Program-made: the position numbers and the translations under genes
Source: Mailhella sp.
Lineage (GTDB): Bacteria; Desulfobacterota; Desulfovibrionia; Desulfovibrionales; Desulfovibrionaceae
Direction of reading: 5' to 3'
Assembly (NCBI GenBank): GCA_017940105.1
Contig: JAGAZG010000168.1
Span: forward strand, 1,136 to 65,135
Length of the DNA: 64,000 nt
The notes under the pieces: generated by a model
What the model was told of the DNA's origin: nothing
The model's database searches: none
Seen by the model: the letters and a program-made list of their open reading frames with translations, nothing else
Part shown: positions 63,979 through 64,000 of the stretch, in pieces
Position numbering within the stretch: position 1 is the first letter of the stretch
Layout of the letters: each line of letters starts with the position of its first letter

Positions 63979-64000
63979 TTCTGCACAGTCCTTTCCATAC

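Larger units (their letters stand above)
1..64000. mobile_element. Temperate myovirus-type bacteriophage genome (partial; non-integrated or internal view)
   Basis: Terminase, portal, HK97 protease/capsid, sheath/tube, baseplate, endolysin, repressor/cro, serine recombinase and replication genes; no host housekeeping genes. Confidence 0.96.

Overview
The whole window is one temperate tailed phage with a contractile tail and an HK97-type head, probably infecting a Bacillota host. No host genes are visible, and minus-strand phage genes run off both ends. Modules: accessory/early genes (1-9.1 kb, minus); recombination and replication (DUF2800 nuclease, SSB, PolA, ThyX, VirE-like primase-helicase, VRR-NUC, SNF2; 9.1-22.8 kb, plus); small-gene cassettes (23-25.6 kb); cro, repressor and large serine recombinase (25.9-28.3 kb); then, all minus, lysis, a complete diversity-generating retroelement (DGR), baseplate/tail, head, terminase and a ParB/methyltransferase/tRNA block (29-64 kb). 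The most striking unexplained structures are four. (1) An apparent 16.7-kb site-specific inversion bounded by a 12-bp inverted repeat (9122-9133 / 25863-25874). It splits a cell-wall-hydrolase gene in frame, leaves two operons promoterless and orphans a promoter, which suggests a recombinase-driven switch. (2) Five type II hammerhead ribozymes, each at the stop codon of a small gene driven by a repeated strong promoter. (3) Two other dispersed non-coding repeat families. (4) A candidate type I toxin-antitoxin pair and an atypical tRNA-Lys. Product calls come from motifs and gene order only; no database searches were run.
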